DNA from: the human T2T-CHM13v2.0 reference genome, Homo sapiens
Direction: 5' to 3' (one strand)
Assembly (NCBI RefSeq): GCF_009914755.1
Contig: NC_060929.1
DNA length: 64,000 nt
Below are positions 27,270 to 41,277 of the stretch, piece by piece. The notes under the pieces were generated by a model. It was not told the origin of the DNA and searched no databases. It worked only from the letters and a program-made list of their open reading frames with translations. A program made the position numbers and the translations under genes. The number at the start of each line of letters is the position of its first letter. Within the stretch, counting starts at the first letter, position 1.

Positions 27270-28320
27270 ATCTTCCACAAGAAATATTTATTGGGTGTCT
27301 ATTATGTGCTAGGCATTGTTGTAGGGACTTGGAGATATATCAGTAAATTAAGCAGACAACGATTCTAGCTCTGTTGGAGCTTAAAATTTAAAAGGGGAGA
27401 TGGACATTAAACAATAACCATAATAAATCTGTAAATTATATTGCATTTTAGAAAATGATAAGTACTGTGAAAAAAGAAAGGTGGACTGGCATGAAGGGGA
27501 TTTGAGTGCTAAGGGAGGGGTAGGGATAAGTGCTATTTTCAGTAGAATAATTGTGGAAAAGATGATACTTGAACAAAGATTTTAAGGCCAGGGAGTTGGC
27601 CATGTGACTATCTTTGGGAAAAACATTCTATCCAGTAAAACCACCAGGGAAAAGTTTCCAAAGCAGGAGCGTGCCTGGTATATTCAAGGAAGCTTGTGTG
27701 GCTGGAACAGAGGGAGCAAGGAGATGTTTTCACTAGGAGATGAAAACAAAAAGGCAGAAAGAGTCTGTCCGCTGGCTGTTGCAATCCTTGCAAAACTTTT
27801 AACTTTTCTCTGAGTGAAATAGGAGACTACTTCAGACTGTTAGGTAGAACAACACATGACACGAATTCCATTTTTAAAGATCATTCTAATATTTGTGTTG
27901 AAAATAGCCTGCAGGTAGTGAGAAGTGGCTGGGTGCTGGATATGTGTTGAAAGTATAACAAGGCTTCCTGAGAGATTGGAGTTCAAGGTGAATTTAAGTT
28001 TTGTGGCCTGAGCATTTTTAGGTGCCTCCATTAAGATGGAGAAGGCTGCATGTGGGACAGGTTTGGAGATAAATCAGGAGTTCAGGTTTTAACGGGTGGA
28101 GATTGAGTTGCTTATTAGACATCCACATAGACATCTTGAATAAGCAATTGTATAAACAATTTAAGAGCTTGTGGCAGAGATCTGAGAGATATAAATTGGG
28201 TTGCCATTGGCAAATGGATACTCTTTATTTAAAGCCATAAAACTAATGAGATCACTAAGAGAGATAGAGCAGAGGGTCAAAGATTGAGTCTGGGGCATTC
28301 AGCATTAGGAGAATGAGTAC
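27270..28320 (-). mobile_element. L2 element (~1 kb)
   Basis: 'aaatatttattgggtgtctattatgtgctaggcattgtt' L2 3' end; further L2 motifs such as 'aaagatcattcta', 'caggagttcaggtttt' and 'agacatcc'. Confidence 0.8.
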
Positions 28321-28525
28321 CTGCCCCACACACATCTATTGGTTTTTGAATATCTTAAAAGATATTATATTTTTCCTTTTATCTGTTACATTCCAATATT
28401 CCTTCTTTGATAATATGTCTATATAAGGGATATAAATGTGATATTCACAGCACCTAATAGAAATGCTCATGTTAGACTTAAGTCTAACAACTGTTTTACA
28501 CTCTACTGCACCTGAAGTATCCTAT

Positions 28526-28597
28526 TGTATCTTTTTTGTATATATCATTTTATAGATGGAATGTATCTTTTTTGTATATATCATTTTATAGATGGAA
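28526..28597. repeat. Perfect 36-bp tandem duplication
   Basis: TGTATCTTTTTTGTATATATCATTTTATAGATGGAA x2; visible as a repeated peptide in the ORF at 28525-28722. Confidence 0.95.
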
Positions 28598-29099
28598 TTA
28601 TGAATCTATCTGTACTTAGAAATGTATTATCTGTCACCTTATTTCTATCTCTGACCTTTTTCTTCTCTCCTTACACACTCAGCATAAGTTGGTCCATCAT
28701 TTTGTTTTCAGCATATTTCTAAAGATTCAGTGAATTTCCAAAGATTGTCTTAAAACAGATCTTTATAATGTAAAATCTTTGCATGTTTGTTGCCTCTATG
28801 TATTTAGATGTGAGCCTCAACTGGCCAAGTTAGAGAGGAGAGAAATACAGTTTCTTAAGTCATGTAAGTACGTGTAAAATAAAAAAATTTACATGAAAGA
28901 TTTTGATTTTCTTGGTAGTTGAAGTGTTTATTGTTTTAGAAATGACATTATATTGAACTAAATATTTTATCAGGACTTTGCAGGGCATAATTATTTTTAA
29001 AAGTATGTATCGTGAGGAGTAACATACATGCATCTAAATAATGTAATGAACCAGATTGTAAGGGATATGTAATTGAAATGATTATTTGAACTCACTTTA

Positions 29100-29102
<3 letters not shown>

Positions 29103-29130
<28 letters not shown>
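29103..29130. repeat. (GT)n microsatellite
   Basis: Read directly. Confidence 0.95.
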
Positions 29131-29134
<4 letters not shown>

Positions 29135-29544
29135 GCCTATGTGAGGATGCTGTTGTCTATTGCTTTGCTCCAGTCCTCAAAGTCATGAATAGCATTGCAG
29201 ATTTTGGCAATAATTTATTTACTGAGTATCGTCATGAGGAAGAGTAATATGTTTTGTAAGATATTTTTAAAAAACTTTTTATTTTGAAAGGTTTTTAGTC
29301 ACAAAGAATTTGTACAGTTAGTAATTGGAATTCTTGTGTACCCAAATTCCTCAAATGTTAATATTTTACCAATTTACTTTATTCTTTCTTACTCTGTAAT
29401 TGTTTTATCAAAACATTGATAGTAATTTGTATACATGATGCCCCTTTAACTCTTAACTATGTTTGTGTACATTTTCCATAGAATAATGACTTTCACTTAC
29501 ATATAACAACAACACACTTAACCAAGAGTAAGAAATTAACACTT

Positions 29545-29992
<448 letters not shown>

Positions 29993-30861
29993 AAGAAATG
30001 AACACTTATACAATGGTATTATGTAGTCTATAGACCTTTGCCGAATTTCACCAATTATCTCATGTTTAGTCACTAACCACACATCATTTACTTTCATTAA
30101 GTGACCAACCTTGTTTATAAAATATCACATCAACTAGTGCTGGTGTTTAGTTACAGAATTGTGATAGTTGGCATAGTTAGTTAGCAAATGACATTGTGTG
30201 TGTAACCTCTCTGTGATCAGCAGAGTGAGAGTTCTTACTGCTTGGATCTCCTTAGTAACCAATTGATTTAAATATTAGTGATGCACTGATTCCCATAATG
30301 CTAGGACTCTAGCAATAGAATTCACAAGTAATTCATCTATGGAAGCAGTAGTCATCTATAAACCTCAGCTGCAAAAATTTGTGCTGGTTGTAGTCACCTC
30401 TTTTTTAGTGCTACAATATTGCACATATTTTCTATTACAATAAACTTTATAAAGTTACTTTATTTTTCCAGTTAAATATTTGACACTATCTAGTTCAAAG
30501 ACTCCTACAGATGAAATGTCCAAAAATGTCTCTTTTTTTTAAAAGTTAAGTACACATATACATTGTATAGTTTACACAAAACATATGTGAATGAATGAAG
30601 AGAAAACATGTTCATGAGAAAGGATGGCAGTTTTGTTATGTGGAAAAAGGTGTGATAGATGTTTACATTTTAGTACATCTACCTCTGTCCTCATTGGGCA
30701 CTGATGAATTAAGTCAGAATACTAGGATGACCTATTGTCTGCCTTTGATCCACTAATATAGTTCCCTTTGTTTAAGATTTACTTAGATTAATGTTTTTAA
30801 TCTGAGCAATTAGCACTGTAATGTGATTGATAATTATTTGATTCAAATATAATTTTAAAAA

Positions 30862-31230
30862 TACACATCATGGAATACTATGCAACCATAAAAAAGAACA
30901 AGATCGTGTCTTTTGTGGCAGCATGTGTAGAGCTGGAGGCTACTATCCTTAGCTGATTAGCACAGGAACAGAAAACCAAATACTGCATTTTCTCACTTAT
31001 AAGCGGGAGCTAAATGTTGAGAACTCATGAACACAAAGGAGGGAACAATACACTGGAATCTACTTTAGGATGGAGGGCGAGAGGAGGGAGAGAAACAGAA
31101 AAAATAACTATTGGGTACTAGGCTTAATACCTGGGTCATGGAATAATCTGTACAACAAACCCTCAAGACATGAGTTTATCTATATAACAAACCCGCACAT
31201 GTACCCCTGAACCTAAAATAAAAGTTAAAA
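30862..31230 (+). mobile_element. L1PA15/16-like 3' end
   Basis: 'catggaatactatgcaaccataaaaaagaac...aaaaataactattgggtactaggctt...gtacccctgaacctaaaataaaagtt'. Confidence 0.92.
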
Positions 31231-31779
31231 TGTTAACCATATAAAAATCCCAGAAGAACATTCATTTATGAATTGAATTTGAATACATGGAAAATTACAA
31301 GTATATTCGTTTTACTAAATTAACTCTTAAAATAAAACTTTCCCTAATATGTTTGGGCATATATTTAGCACTTTTGGAAGAGGTGTTATTAACTAGACTA
31401 GGGTATAATGTTACATTTGCTTAATTTGCCACCATATAAAATTCCTCAATTACTACAGTACACATGTTGCATACCAGGCAAAACTCAGTGAATCTCCAGC
31501 AAGTATTGCACAAATGTTACCCATACCAATATAAAAATATTTTATTCACTGTACTAGTGGTTATTATTATATTGGAAGCTTCCCCCGCCCCCGACCCCCA
31601 CACCAATTGCTATTAAGCTAAATGAGCTGTATTTGGCCAAGCAAGATTACAGAATTACCTTGCCCATGACTGAAGTTAAAGTGCTATTAGTGGAAGTGAA
31701 ATAAAATTGGAGACAGCAAAAAATAAATTGTTTTTAAACTTTCAAATAATTTTGTAGTCAGAGATGGTGACCCATATAA

Positions 31780-32186
<407 letters not shown>

Positions 32187-33252
32187 TCATTGATTTCATT
32201 TATGTTGAATACTTAATATTTAGAAAATACAAGCAAGTTATTATTGTTTCCATTTTAAATTTGAACAAGATATTTCTACCATCCTCTTTCAAGCTACTGG
32301 TTTAGTTTAATTGATAAGCATTCTGAGATTTTTAAGGGAAGCTCTTGAGAAAACATAGCATTTTCAGTTGTATTTCTATGAGTCAGGATTTGTCACTACT
32401 TTGCAACCAAAATGGAATCCACACGTAATTTGTCTGTAGGAACAACAGTCATCTATAAACCTCAACTGCAAAATTTTGTGTTGTTAAAATACATGTAATT
32501 CAATTTATTGGATACACATACTGCAATTTCGAACTTACAAACATTAATATATGCTATTAAAATGCCACTTTTAGTGGCGATATAGGGGACCAAATAAAGG
32601 TTTCTGCTGTTAAAACATTTTGATAACTGCTTGGTGGTTTGAATTTCTCAGAAATAAAAGAAGTACAGGTCTATAGGGTGCTTTTATAAACTGAAAGCAT
32701 CTTCAGCATTTGCATTAATGTGTTGCAGTTGCAGAAAAAAAGAAGGTTGTCCTTGCTTCCCACACTCTCCTAAATGGTTCCAAATAATCTTGTTCTTTAA
32801 GGTATCAGTCATCTGAATTACCTCACTGCTCTCTTTCCCAGTAGTTATAGTTGGGCCTGGAGTAGGTTGAGCATGTGCAGCCTGCTTAGGGCTACTGCTG
32901 GGAGAAAGTGTTGGCTGCTGACTAGCAATTGCATCGTGAGTTTGTTCCCTGGAGGAAGACTGTGAAAAAATGAGTGAAGTAAAATACAGAGAAGGAAAAT
33001 TGGTTTGAAGGAAAATGGCTAAATTAGGAGCAGACGAGACCACTCCAAGGACAGAGAAGGTACTTGGGCTCCTGAGAAAACAGAAAGGAGTGGCTCAGTA
33101 TGGCTGTTAGCATTTTGTGAAATTTCTGACAGGCAACTTTGACGCCATTTCTACACCATAAAGAGAAAAACTGAAGGAGGTTCTCATGAATATTTTCTTT
33201 TGAAGAATGCTAGGTTTTTAAAATCATAGTATTGGCAAAACAAAGAAACAGT

Positions 33253-33328
33253 AAATATTATTTTCTAATAATATTAGAAAATAATATTTTTTCTAAATAT
33301 TTTCTAAATATTATTTTCTAATAATATT
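33253..33328. repeat. AT-rich inverted repeat plus direct repeats
   Basis: 18-bp arms at 33253-33270 and 33272-33289; the 23-mer at 33253-33275 recurs at 33306-33328. Confidence 0.9.
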
Positions 33329-33545
33329 TTCCCTGGAAGATTAAAAATATTTTAAATTAATATCAAATATTTAAAATAATAACAACAAAGAAACCAAAGC
33401 CAAGAAGTAATGCCCATAGATATTCCAAAGGATTTTAATATAGATTTTATTCTGAAATTTATTTAAATTACTACTAAATAATTATTGAATAGCCATCTAA
33501 TACTTTAGTGGATTTATATGTTATCTTCAGGAAAAATTTTGCTAT

Positions 33546-33712
33546 GGATGGGAAGAGGGTGAATAATGGAAAACAACCTATCGGGTATTATACTGATTAC
33601 CAGGTGACAAAATTATCTGCATACCAAACCCCTGAGACATGCAATTTACCCATGTAACAAACCTGCACATGTGCCCCTTGAACCTGAAATAGAACTTGAA
33701 AAGAAAAAAAAA
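33546..33712 (+). mobile_element. Short L1PA16-like 3' end
   Basis: 'ggtgacaaaattatctgcataccaaacccc...catgtaacaaacctgcacatgtgccccttgaacct' plus an A tail; degenerate TSD ending 'tgctat'. Confidence 0.88.
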
Positions 33713-34329
33713 CAATGCTATCTGTGTCAGTAAAAAAGGGTGTAGGAAGAGCATTTTGAGTCATGAGATTCTTGTATTATTCATTGGTTAATGAGTATTT
33801 AAATTATCAGTTGTGTATAATGTAATTGGATGTTGTGAAAAACACTGTATGAATATTAGGTTTTTTTTTCTTTTTTTTGGATGAGTAGTTAACATGTGTA
33901 ATGGTAGAGATGACCGAGTCATTTTTAGAGTCTATTGTGTTTTATATTATAGGTGCTTGCTGTTTCAAAATCCCTTTTTGGTTGAAATTCATGCCTGGCA
34001 CTTTTAAAGCCTGAGAGTACAGCTGCCTTTCCAGAGGCTCATACCTGGGTAGAGCTTGCCACGTTTTGAGTTTATTTTGAAACCAGTTTACTTTTGGTGA
34101 ACCTAACAGGGCTTCTTATTTTGATGGTTCATTAGAAGAAAAGACAGCAGTAACAGTGTTTTGTTTTATTTTATTTATTTATTTTTTAAATTGAGCCAAG
34201 CACATTTACACATTCCATTTTTTTGTTCTTGGAGAGCCTCCCTTCAGGCCAGGACACAAATTCTCAGCAGGGCAATTGCAGAGGCCCCTGAGGAACCTCT
34301 TATCTGTTTGCACACAGCAGCTAGATTGT

Positions 34330-35030
34330 ATGTTTTTGAATTCAAATCTAGAAATGTCTCTTTCCTCCTTAACATGATTTTCGGGCTTGGTCTTGCTTTA
34401 ATCAGAAAATCTGAGGTTTTTAGGACACCATCCAGATTTCTTTCTCAAGTCCTTATAAGGCCCTATGTGCCCTGGCCGGGCCTCTCTTAACCAGGTTCAT
34501 TTTGTACCATGTGCCCCTAGGCAGTTAGTATTTTGGTCACGTAGCCTTGTATACTGTCCCTTGAAAATATGATGTCCCTTCCTGTCCTGGACTTTAGATA
34601 TGTGGTATTGCCCTCCACCTTCCTCTCTCCTTTGGTCTGTCCTGACCAACTCTTTCCCATCCTTCAAGACAATTTATTTATGCCTAGTGTTCCATTGTTG
34701 GAACGCTAAGCATCTGGGAGTTATTTATATCCTACTGCTCAAGGTCATCACCAAGGTCTGATTGCAAAAATTCCAAAAATTGCAACCTCAGGAATAAATG
34801 GGTTATAAGAACTCAGCCTCCTAGTGACCACAGAATAGATCAACACTCTCTTTTTGCTCTTAATATTATATACTGCTACTTTCTAACATGTGTCATATCA
34901 CAACTGTAATTAAATTATTAATTTTGTGATTGGAACTTCATTTTCAGCCCACCCTGACAGAATGTAAGCTCTGTTTAGGCACCTGGAACAGTGCCATGAG
35001 CATGGGGATATGCAACAAATGCATTTAGAC
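34330..35030 (+). mobile_element. L2 fragment split by MER85
   Basis: 'ttgctttaatcagaaaatct...ataaggccct', 'ccatccttcaagac' and 'gaatgtaagctc...cacctggaacagtgcc'. Confidence 0.55.
34676..34802. mobile_element. MER85 (non-autonomous piggyBac/PGBD3 element)
   Basis: 'atttatgcctagtgttccattgttggaacgctaagc...ctcaaggtcatcaccaaggtctgattgcaaaaatt...gcaacctcaggaataaatggg' matches the recalled MER85 consensus; left terminal CCC missing. Confidence 0.88.
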
Positions 35031-35155
35031 GTACACATACACACATACATGTATTTTATAGAGAGATTCTTTAGAGGTCTTATAATTGATTGCTTTAGTA
35101 TTTGAGGCAGGACAGAGGTAATACAGACTAGATATATAACAATAAATGACTGTTT

Positions 35156-35473
35156 CGTTGTTGTTGTTTATTTTTGTTTCTTGTTTTTTTTGGAGATGGA
35201 GTCTCAGTCTGTCATCCAGGTTGGAGAGCAGTAGCGCAATCTCGGCTCACTGCAACCTCTGCCTCCAGGTTCAAGTGATTCTCCTGCCTCAGCCTCCTGA
35301 GTAGCTGGGATTACAGGCACATGCCACCATGCCCAGCTAATTTTTGTATTTTTAGTTGAGATGTGGTTTCACTATGTTGGCCAGGCTGGTCTCAAACTCC
35401 TGACCTCAGCTGATCTGCCCACCTCAGCCTCTCAAAGTGCTAGGATTACAGGCGTGAGCCACTGTGCCCAGCC
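35156..35473 (-). mobile_element. AluS element with TSD
   Basis: Full dimer; TSD aatgactgttt at 35145-35155 and 35474-35484. Confidence 0.97.
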
Positions 35474-36364
35474 AATGACTGTTTTTTAAAAGCCTGAATG
35501 TTTTTGCTTCCCAACTCTGTGTCATTTCTCGTCACAAGGTGTGATTTTGTTACGTCTAGACCAGTATGGACATTAAACTGTGCATTCTACTTTCAAGAAC
35601 TAATGACAAGCAATTAAATAATATATTCAGCTACAGCAGATTCGGGCTTTAAAATGATTGCTCAAGGGCATTTAAAAATATATCTGTTTCCTAATATTTA
35701 GAGTTTTATACTTTCATTTCTGCCTTCTTTTTTTATAATGAAAGTTAGTCTTTGGAAAGAATTGTGGCTCTAGATATGGGAGTGTTCCTGCCAGTATAAC
35801 TGGGGTCATACAACTTTCAGGGCTTAAATAGGCTTTGTGGAATAGATATTTTCATCAACCAAAAAGACATTTCCTCCAGGATATCTTTGCCACTTCCTAT
35901 TCTCTTGATCATTTTTGAGTTATCAGGCAGAATTTACCCCCTTCCTTTCCTCTTTTTTTTTTTAATTACAGTTTTGAGCACTCATTTTAGCCACAGATTA
36001 AAAATAAGCAATATAGCTTCTTGATACTCCCTTGTTGAAACCAAATGATTGACATTTCTTTTCCTCTAGGTGTTACAAAGAACCTCGGAAAGGGATACCA
36101 CTTTATTAGCTGAAACTATTTTTGTGTGTGTGTTATATTTCTCAGGGGCACTGTAATTCAATTTTTGCAGCAACTTTTGGGCCTTGTTAGTGCCTCGAGT
36201 CAGCTTGTTGCAAGGTTTTGAGTGGTGATACTTATGCTGGAGTAGCTTTTTGAAAAAGTAAATAAATATTTTCTTCAAGATAAATATATAACTTCTGTTT
36301 TTACTTCTAACTCGTATGGCATTCTCATCTTTATTAATGGTTTCTCAGTATTTTTAAATATTCC

Positions 36365-36610
36365 TTCTATTTTGGAATGATTTTAGATTTATAAAAAAGT
36401 TGCAAAGATAGTACAGGGAGTACCTATATACTCTTCACCCTCTATCACTATTAACATTTTCGTTACATGATACACTTGTCAGAAATTAAGACATTTTAAC
36501 ATGGATAAATTAATATTAACAAAACTCCAAACTCTATTTGGAATTTACCAGTTTTTCCATTAATGTTCTTCTATTTCAGGACCCAAACCAAGATACCACC
36601 TCTCATTTAA
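36365..36610 (-). mobile_element. L1MC/MD-like 3' fragment
   Basis: 'ttttagatttataaaaaagttgcaaagatagtacag...aatttaccagtttttccattaatgttc'. Confidence 0.7.
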
Positions 36611-37819
36611 TCTCCATCTTTTCAACATAAAAACAAAAACAGACAAAAAATGAGATAGAGATTAACCAAAAGATTGATGGATCCAAGGTGTCATGGTCTA
36701 TGTCAGTAATGAGAAGAACCAGGATGGTATATCTTATAATTACATAAGTATGTATTTTGAAGGCAGTGTCATCCCCTTGCAGTATTGTGTAGCTGGTACT
36801 GAAAATGTTCTTTGAAGGTGGATAAGTTTTTGCTTATTCACATTTATTTGTCTCTCTTGTGACGACACCTAAGATAGTGTTTATATTATTAGCAGTCATT
36901 CTTTAAAGAATCAAGAATAGAAATAATACAGTCATTAACGAGTGATTATTCAATGTGTGGTTTTATTGCTGTGTTTTTAACTATTAGGAAACTATTTGAT
37001 GACTTTTGAAGATTCTAAGTTTTAGAATAGGTAAGAATAGAGCCTTTACTGAGGATTATTACATTTCTGTCCTTTTAAATAATTCATCTGATTGTAATAT
37101 GTATGGCATGACTTGTTTTTATTATAAATCCATAGGCTGAAATATAGTCCCCTTACCTTTCAGATGCAGAGATTCAACTTGTAATTATCAAACTCTTAAG
37201 AAAACGGTTGAGCTTTTCCTATATTGTAAAATACTTGCTTGGGAAATTTTTGTAAAATACGTCAAAAACGGATGAAAACTTGCTTAAAACTACTTAATAG
37301 GTGTTTAAGAATTATATGTAGATGCAAGAGTGTGGCAGTTGGTGAGCATATCGTGGGGTTATTTTCTTCCTTAACTGATGCAGTAATTTTATGAGCCTGG
37401 TGTTGACTTTTATCTGGGGACCATTATGTCAAATTATATTATGGAAACACTTCTCATTTTAGTCACTTAGAAATCAGTCACTTATTTCTAGATATTGCAG
37501 TGTAACTGGATTGTTCATACTTAAGAATATACATTATGTAGTAATTAATCTATACCAGTATATAGTCCTTCAATTGAACATACACTTGGAAATTGTAGCT
37601 AAATAAGGAAACTGATGTGAACAAAATATGATGTCGGAAAGAACAGAATAATGATTGCTAATATTTTATTTCTATCAGAAATGTCCATATTACTGATAGA
37701 TCATTTACACATAACCACATTACATTGGCTTTGTTATGCCTCAGCAATGATTTTACTGCCTTTTATTTCTGAAAATTATGTAACTAAGGGCAGTTATGCA
37801 TAATTCAAATGACATTAGG

Positions 37820-37960
37820 ATGGGAGTGAGGAGAACTTACTTCTCATCATGGAGCTATTACACTAACTCTGTGATCTCTGGTATTTTACTTGTCCTCTTT
37901 GAGTCTCAGTTGCCTCATCTGTGAAATGAAAAGTTTAGACTAAAAACCTCTAAGGAGTGT
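37820..37960 (+). mobile_element. MIR fragment
   Basis: 'cactaactctgtgatctctgg...tgagtctcagttgcctcatctgtgaaatg'. Confidence 0.65.
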
Positions 37961-38122
37961 GTTGGCTTTACAGATGGATGATTTGGTAATTCTTTGTTTT
38001 TTAATCATGAAGAGTTGTTATTCAGTGTTTGTCTGGCTGTGGAGATAATCTAGGCTAAATCATGGATTTCTGTAATAACCCCTTGGTCTGTGCGATCATC
38101 ATGGGAGCAGAGGTCTAAACCA

Positions 38123-38445
38123 AAAGTGACAAATACAAATGCTTGAAGTTGTCTGCTAGGTACAGAACTGAGTGAAAAAGGAAAACACAGGGCCCTGATG
38201 ACCCAGAGAATCCATGCTCTTTCTAATGGTGCAGTTATTACTCAGCTGCTAGGGACTGTAGCCCAGAGGAATGCCAGATCTTCTGACCTTTCAAAGGATG
38301 CTACACAAAAGGCTATTTATGTGAACTCTCACAATCTTCAAATGTTAGCACATAATTTTATTTAAAGAAATTCACTCTGTGGACTAAATTAAATATTCAG
38401 TATGCCGGAACCCATCCTTTGTATGCTAGTCTGTAATTTCTGTTC
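38123..38445. mobile_element. Probable old hAT DNA transposon (MER45-like)
   Basis: 'gtgacaaatacaaatgc...tgagtgaa...gccagatcttctgac...tttatgtgaa...aaatgttagca' loosely resembles MER45B. Confidence 0.4.
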
Positions 38446-38744
38446 TATTTCAGTAGACTTCAAACATTTTTGCTCATTCCAACATTAAGCAATGCCTTTC
38501 TCATCAAAACCTAGTATATGCACACACATGTATGTGTATGCATGTGTATATATGTACAGCTATTTATGTATATGACACTAAAACCAAAACTTTATACAAT
38601 AATATATATAATACAATTGTGTTTTCTATTTTATTCTATATGACATTTTTAAATTCTGTTCTGTATATTTTTATTTTATTTCTTGAAAAAAGTAATCACA
38701 CTCACATTCATAAAGTCATTCGTGATTTACCAATGGGTTGACTT

Positions 38745-38859
38745 ATTTTTGTAGAGATAGGGTCTCACTATGTTGCCCAGGCTGGTTTTGAGACTAGGAG
38801 GCCTCAAGCTCAGCTTTCCAAAATACTGGGATTACAGGTGTCAGCCACCACACCTGGCC
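38745..38859 (-). mobile_element. Alu monomer (FLAM-like)
   Basis: 'gtagagatagggtctcactatgttgcccaggctgg...ccaccacacctggcc'; flanking duplication gggttgactt at 38735-38744 and 38862-38871. Confidence 0.88.
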
Positions 38860-40762
38860 AAGGGTTGACTTCTTGTTCAGTACTCTTTTGAAAAATTTAG
38901 ATGGCAGTATTCTTGGTACTTGAATATGATTTTCCCACATACAGATCAGAAATCTGAAATATCTCACAAGTGATTTTCTCAGCTTAATCTTAAGAAACAT
39001 TCCAAAACCACTGTATATTTATTGTTTGCTGATGATTTGAGATTTCCTTGTAGCCCAAGTCATCAGTACACTGGGAAATAGTAGTGTCTCCAAGAAGACA
39101 AGACTGAGCACAGAGGTAGGAGAGAAGAGACAGAGATATGCTATTTAGGAATCTAAATTTGAACATCACATTTTTTCTTCTTTTTAATTGCCTACAGATG
39201 GCATTTTTTTCGTGCTTATTCACATGCACAGAGCTGTGTCCATAAGCATCCTTGTCTCTTCCAAATGTTTTAGTGTTTTTCTGGCAAATAAAATTAGATT
39301 TCGTTAGATAATAATTATACGTGACATTATAGATTGGATTCTGTCCATTTGATTTATATTATTACTAGACACTTTATTTGAAATAAATCAGTGTTCTCTA
39401 CATAATGTCAAGTTCATCAGTAAAGTTTCAGCTTTCATATCTTATAATTTTACAGTTGAAAACTCATGTATGGTGGTGGCTTTTATAATGTCACAAAGAA
39501 GTCTGAAAAAGCTCACCTTATACTTTTTATTCTTCATGTGAATAGGGCTTACATTTACTGATAAAAATTATTAAACATATATAAAATAAGCACTAAATAA
39601 GGTATTTAGTGCTTTATGAATTAAATTCTTTTGAAAATGTTGCGTGGTGTATTTTATAATTTTATAGATATCTGTGGAGAAATATCCTAAAACCATATAT
39701 TTTGCTAATGAATTATTGAATATTAATACCATATTACACTGCTCTTAGTGAATCATTTGTATCATCACAAATAAAATTTTAAAAATTTGGGTAGCCTTAG
39801 ATTTGATCTTTTTTTAAAAATACTTTCTTTAAAACACATTTGATTCCTAATTCCCAAACTTAAATTGAAGGAATATGTCATTCCTCAACAGCTTGAAAAG
39901 TAGGATGAGTTCTTGCCAATTTCTTATTAAGTAATTTAAAATATACCCAGAGGCTCTATTTTGTATTGATTTTGATAGCATGGTTAGGTGATGGTATGGC
40001 CTTCTACTATTAAGGTCGACATGGACCAGCATTTGTTGAGTTCTCACGATGAAAAGTGATTTTCATACATTATTAATTCTGAGACCATTGGCATAAGGGT
40101 ATTTTTATCACTTTCATTTTACTAGTAAGGAAGCTGGAGTTAATAACAGTGTTGCAACGTTAGTGGCAGAGCCCATGCTCTTAAGTATCATGTTGCTCTA
40201 TATCCATATTTAGTGTAACAAAGATCTACTCACAATCTGCTGATAATTACATCACCACACTTCTTAGAATACAGTGGGAATGGTTATATACATAAGCATG
40301 GTTAATATTCATTCAATACACAATGGTAATGATGTACCTGGTGGATTATGAAAATACTGCAAATTTTTATAAATCAAAATTAGTTGTTGCTCCATAGTGC
40401 TCCCTCCCTACCACTCAAAGTCTCTCCCCAGTACCTCAACAGGTCTTCCATCATTAAAAACTAGAAGATTCTTGATTGCCTGTTATTAGCAGGAACCAGC
40501 AACAGCATGGCCCTGTGCTCAGGCCCAGGTTGTTTCTGAATGGCTGATTTGGTCAATTGATTGCTATATAGTTTGAAATCATCCCTGCATGTCAGTGTTT
40601 AACTTGAGGAGACAGGTATCATGATTTGTCAACTAACACTGCTTAATCTGCTGAAGTAAAAGCACACAGTGTGAAGATGAACAAGGATTCAGCTAGAGAT
40701 TTTTTTTTCAGTTCTTAGGAGAATTGAGAGTGAACATGGAAATTCAGTCATCTCAATGGAAG

Positions 40763-41277
40763 TGATGCAGGGCAGTCAAGCCCCCAAACTGGGACTTAGC
40801 CTGGAAGGGTTCTTGGCTTCACCCAGAAAAGACCTCAAGGGTGGCCCACTGGTAAAAGAAAGCAATGTTATTAAGTGTTCAGTAGAGATGTTTCTCCTTG
40901 CCTAGCAGCACTAACCCATAGGCCGTGTCTCCAGAGTGGCAGTATATGGGCTATCGGCTAGTTATATCGATACTCACTCTTAGTTACATGCCAATTAAGA
41001 GAAGGTCATTTAGAACTTTCTAGAAAAGAGATGGGGAGTTGCTGGAAGTATAAAAGGTAAGTTTTGAGATGTTGCTATGGTGCATTGCCATGGCATTTGT
41101 AAATTGTCATGGTGCTGGAGGGAAGTGGGAGTGTCTTCATGTTAATGAGCAGTTAGGGCAACTAGAGATTCCTTTTGTCACCATCTCCAGGCTTTACCTG
41201 GCTTACTCATTGACCAGATCCTACTCCAATTAGCATGCTCAGAACCAGAAAAAAAGTGAGGCCTATCTCCTACCTCA
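40763..41277 (-). mobile_element. ERV1 solo LTR (MER4 group; MER31/MER66-like)
   Basis: TG...CA ends ('tgatgcagggcag' and 'tctcctacctca'); 'cttagcctggaagggttcttggcttcacccag'. Confidence 0.75.

Noticed and set aside
32684-33043. 119-aa Ser/Gln/Thr-rich ORF on the - strand
   Set aside because: Starts at a non-ATG codon, has no recognisable domain and no clear splice boundaries; the length is within chance expectation.
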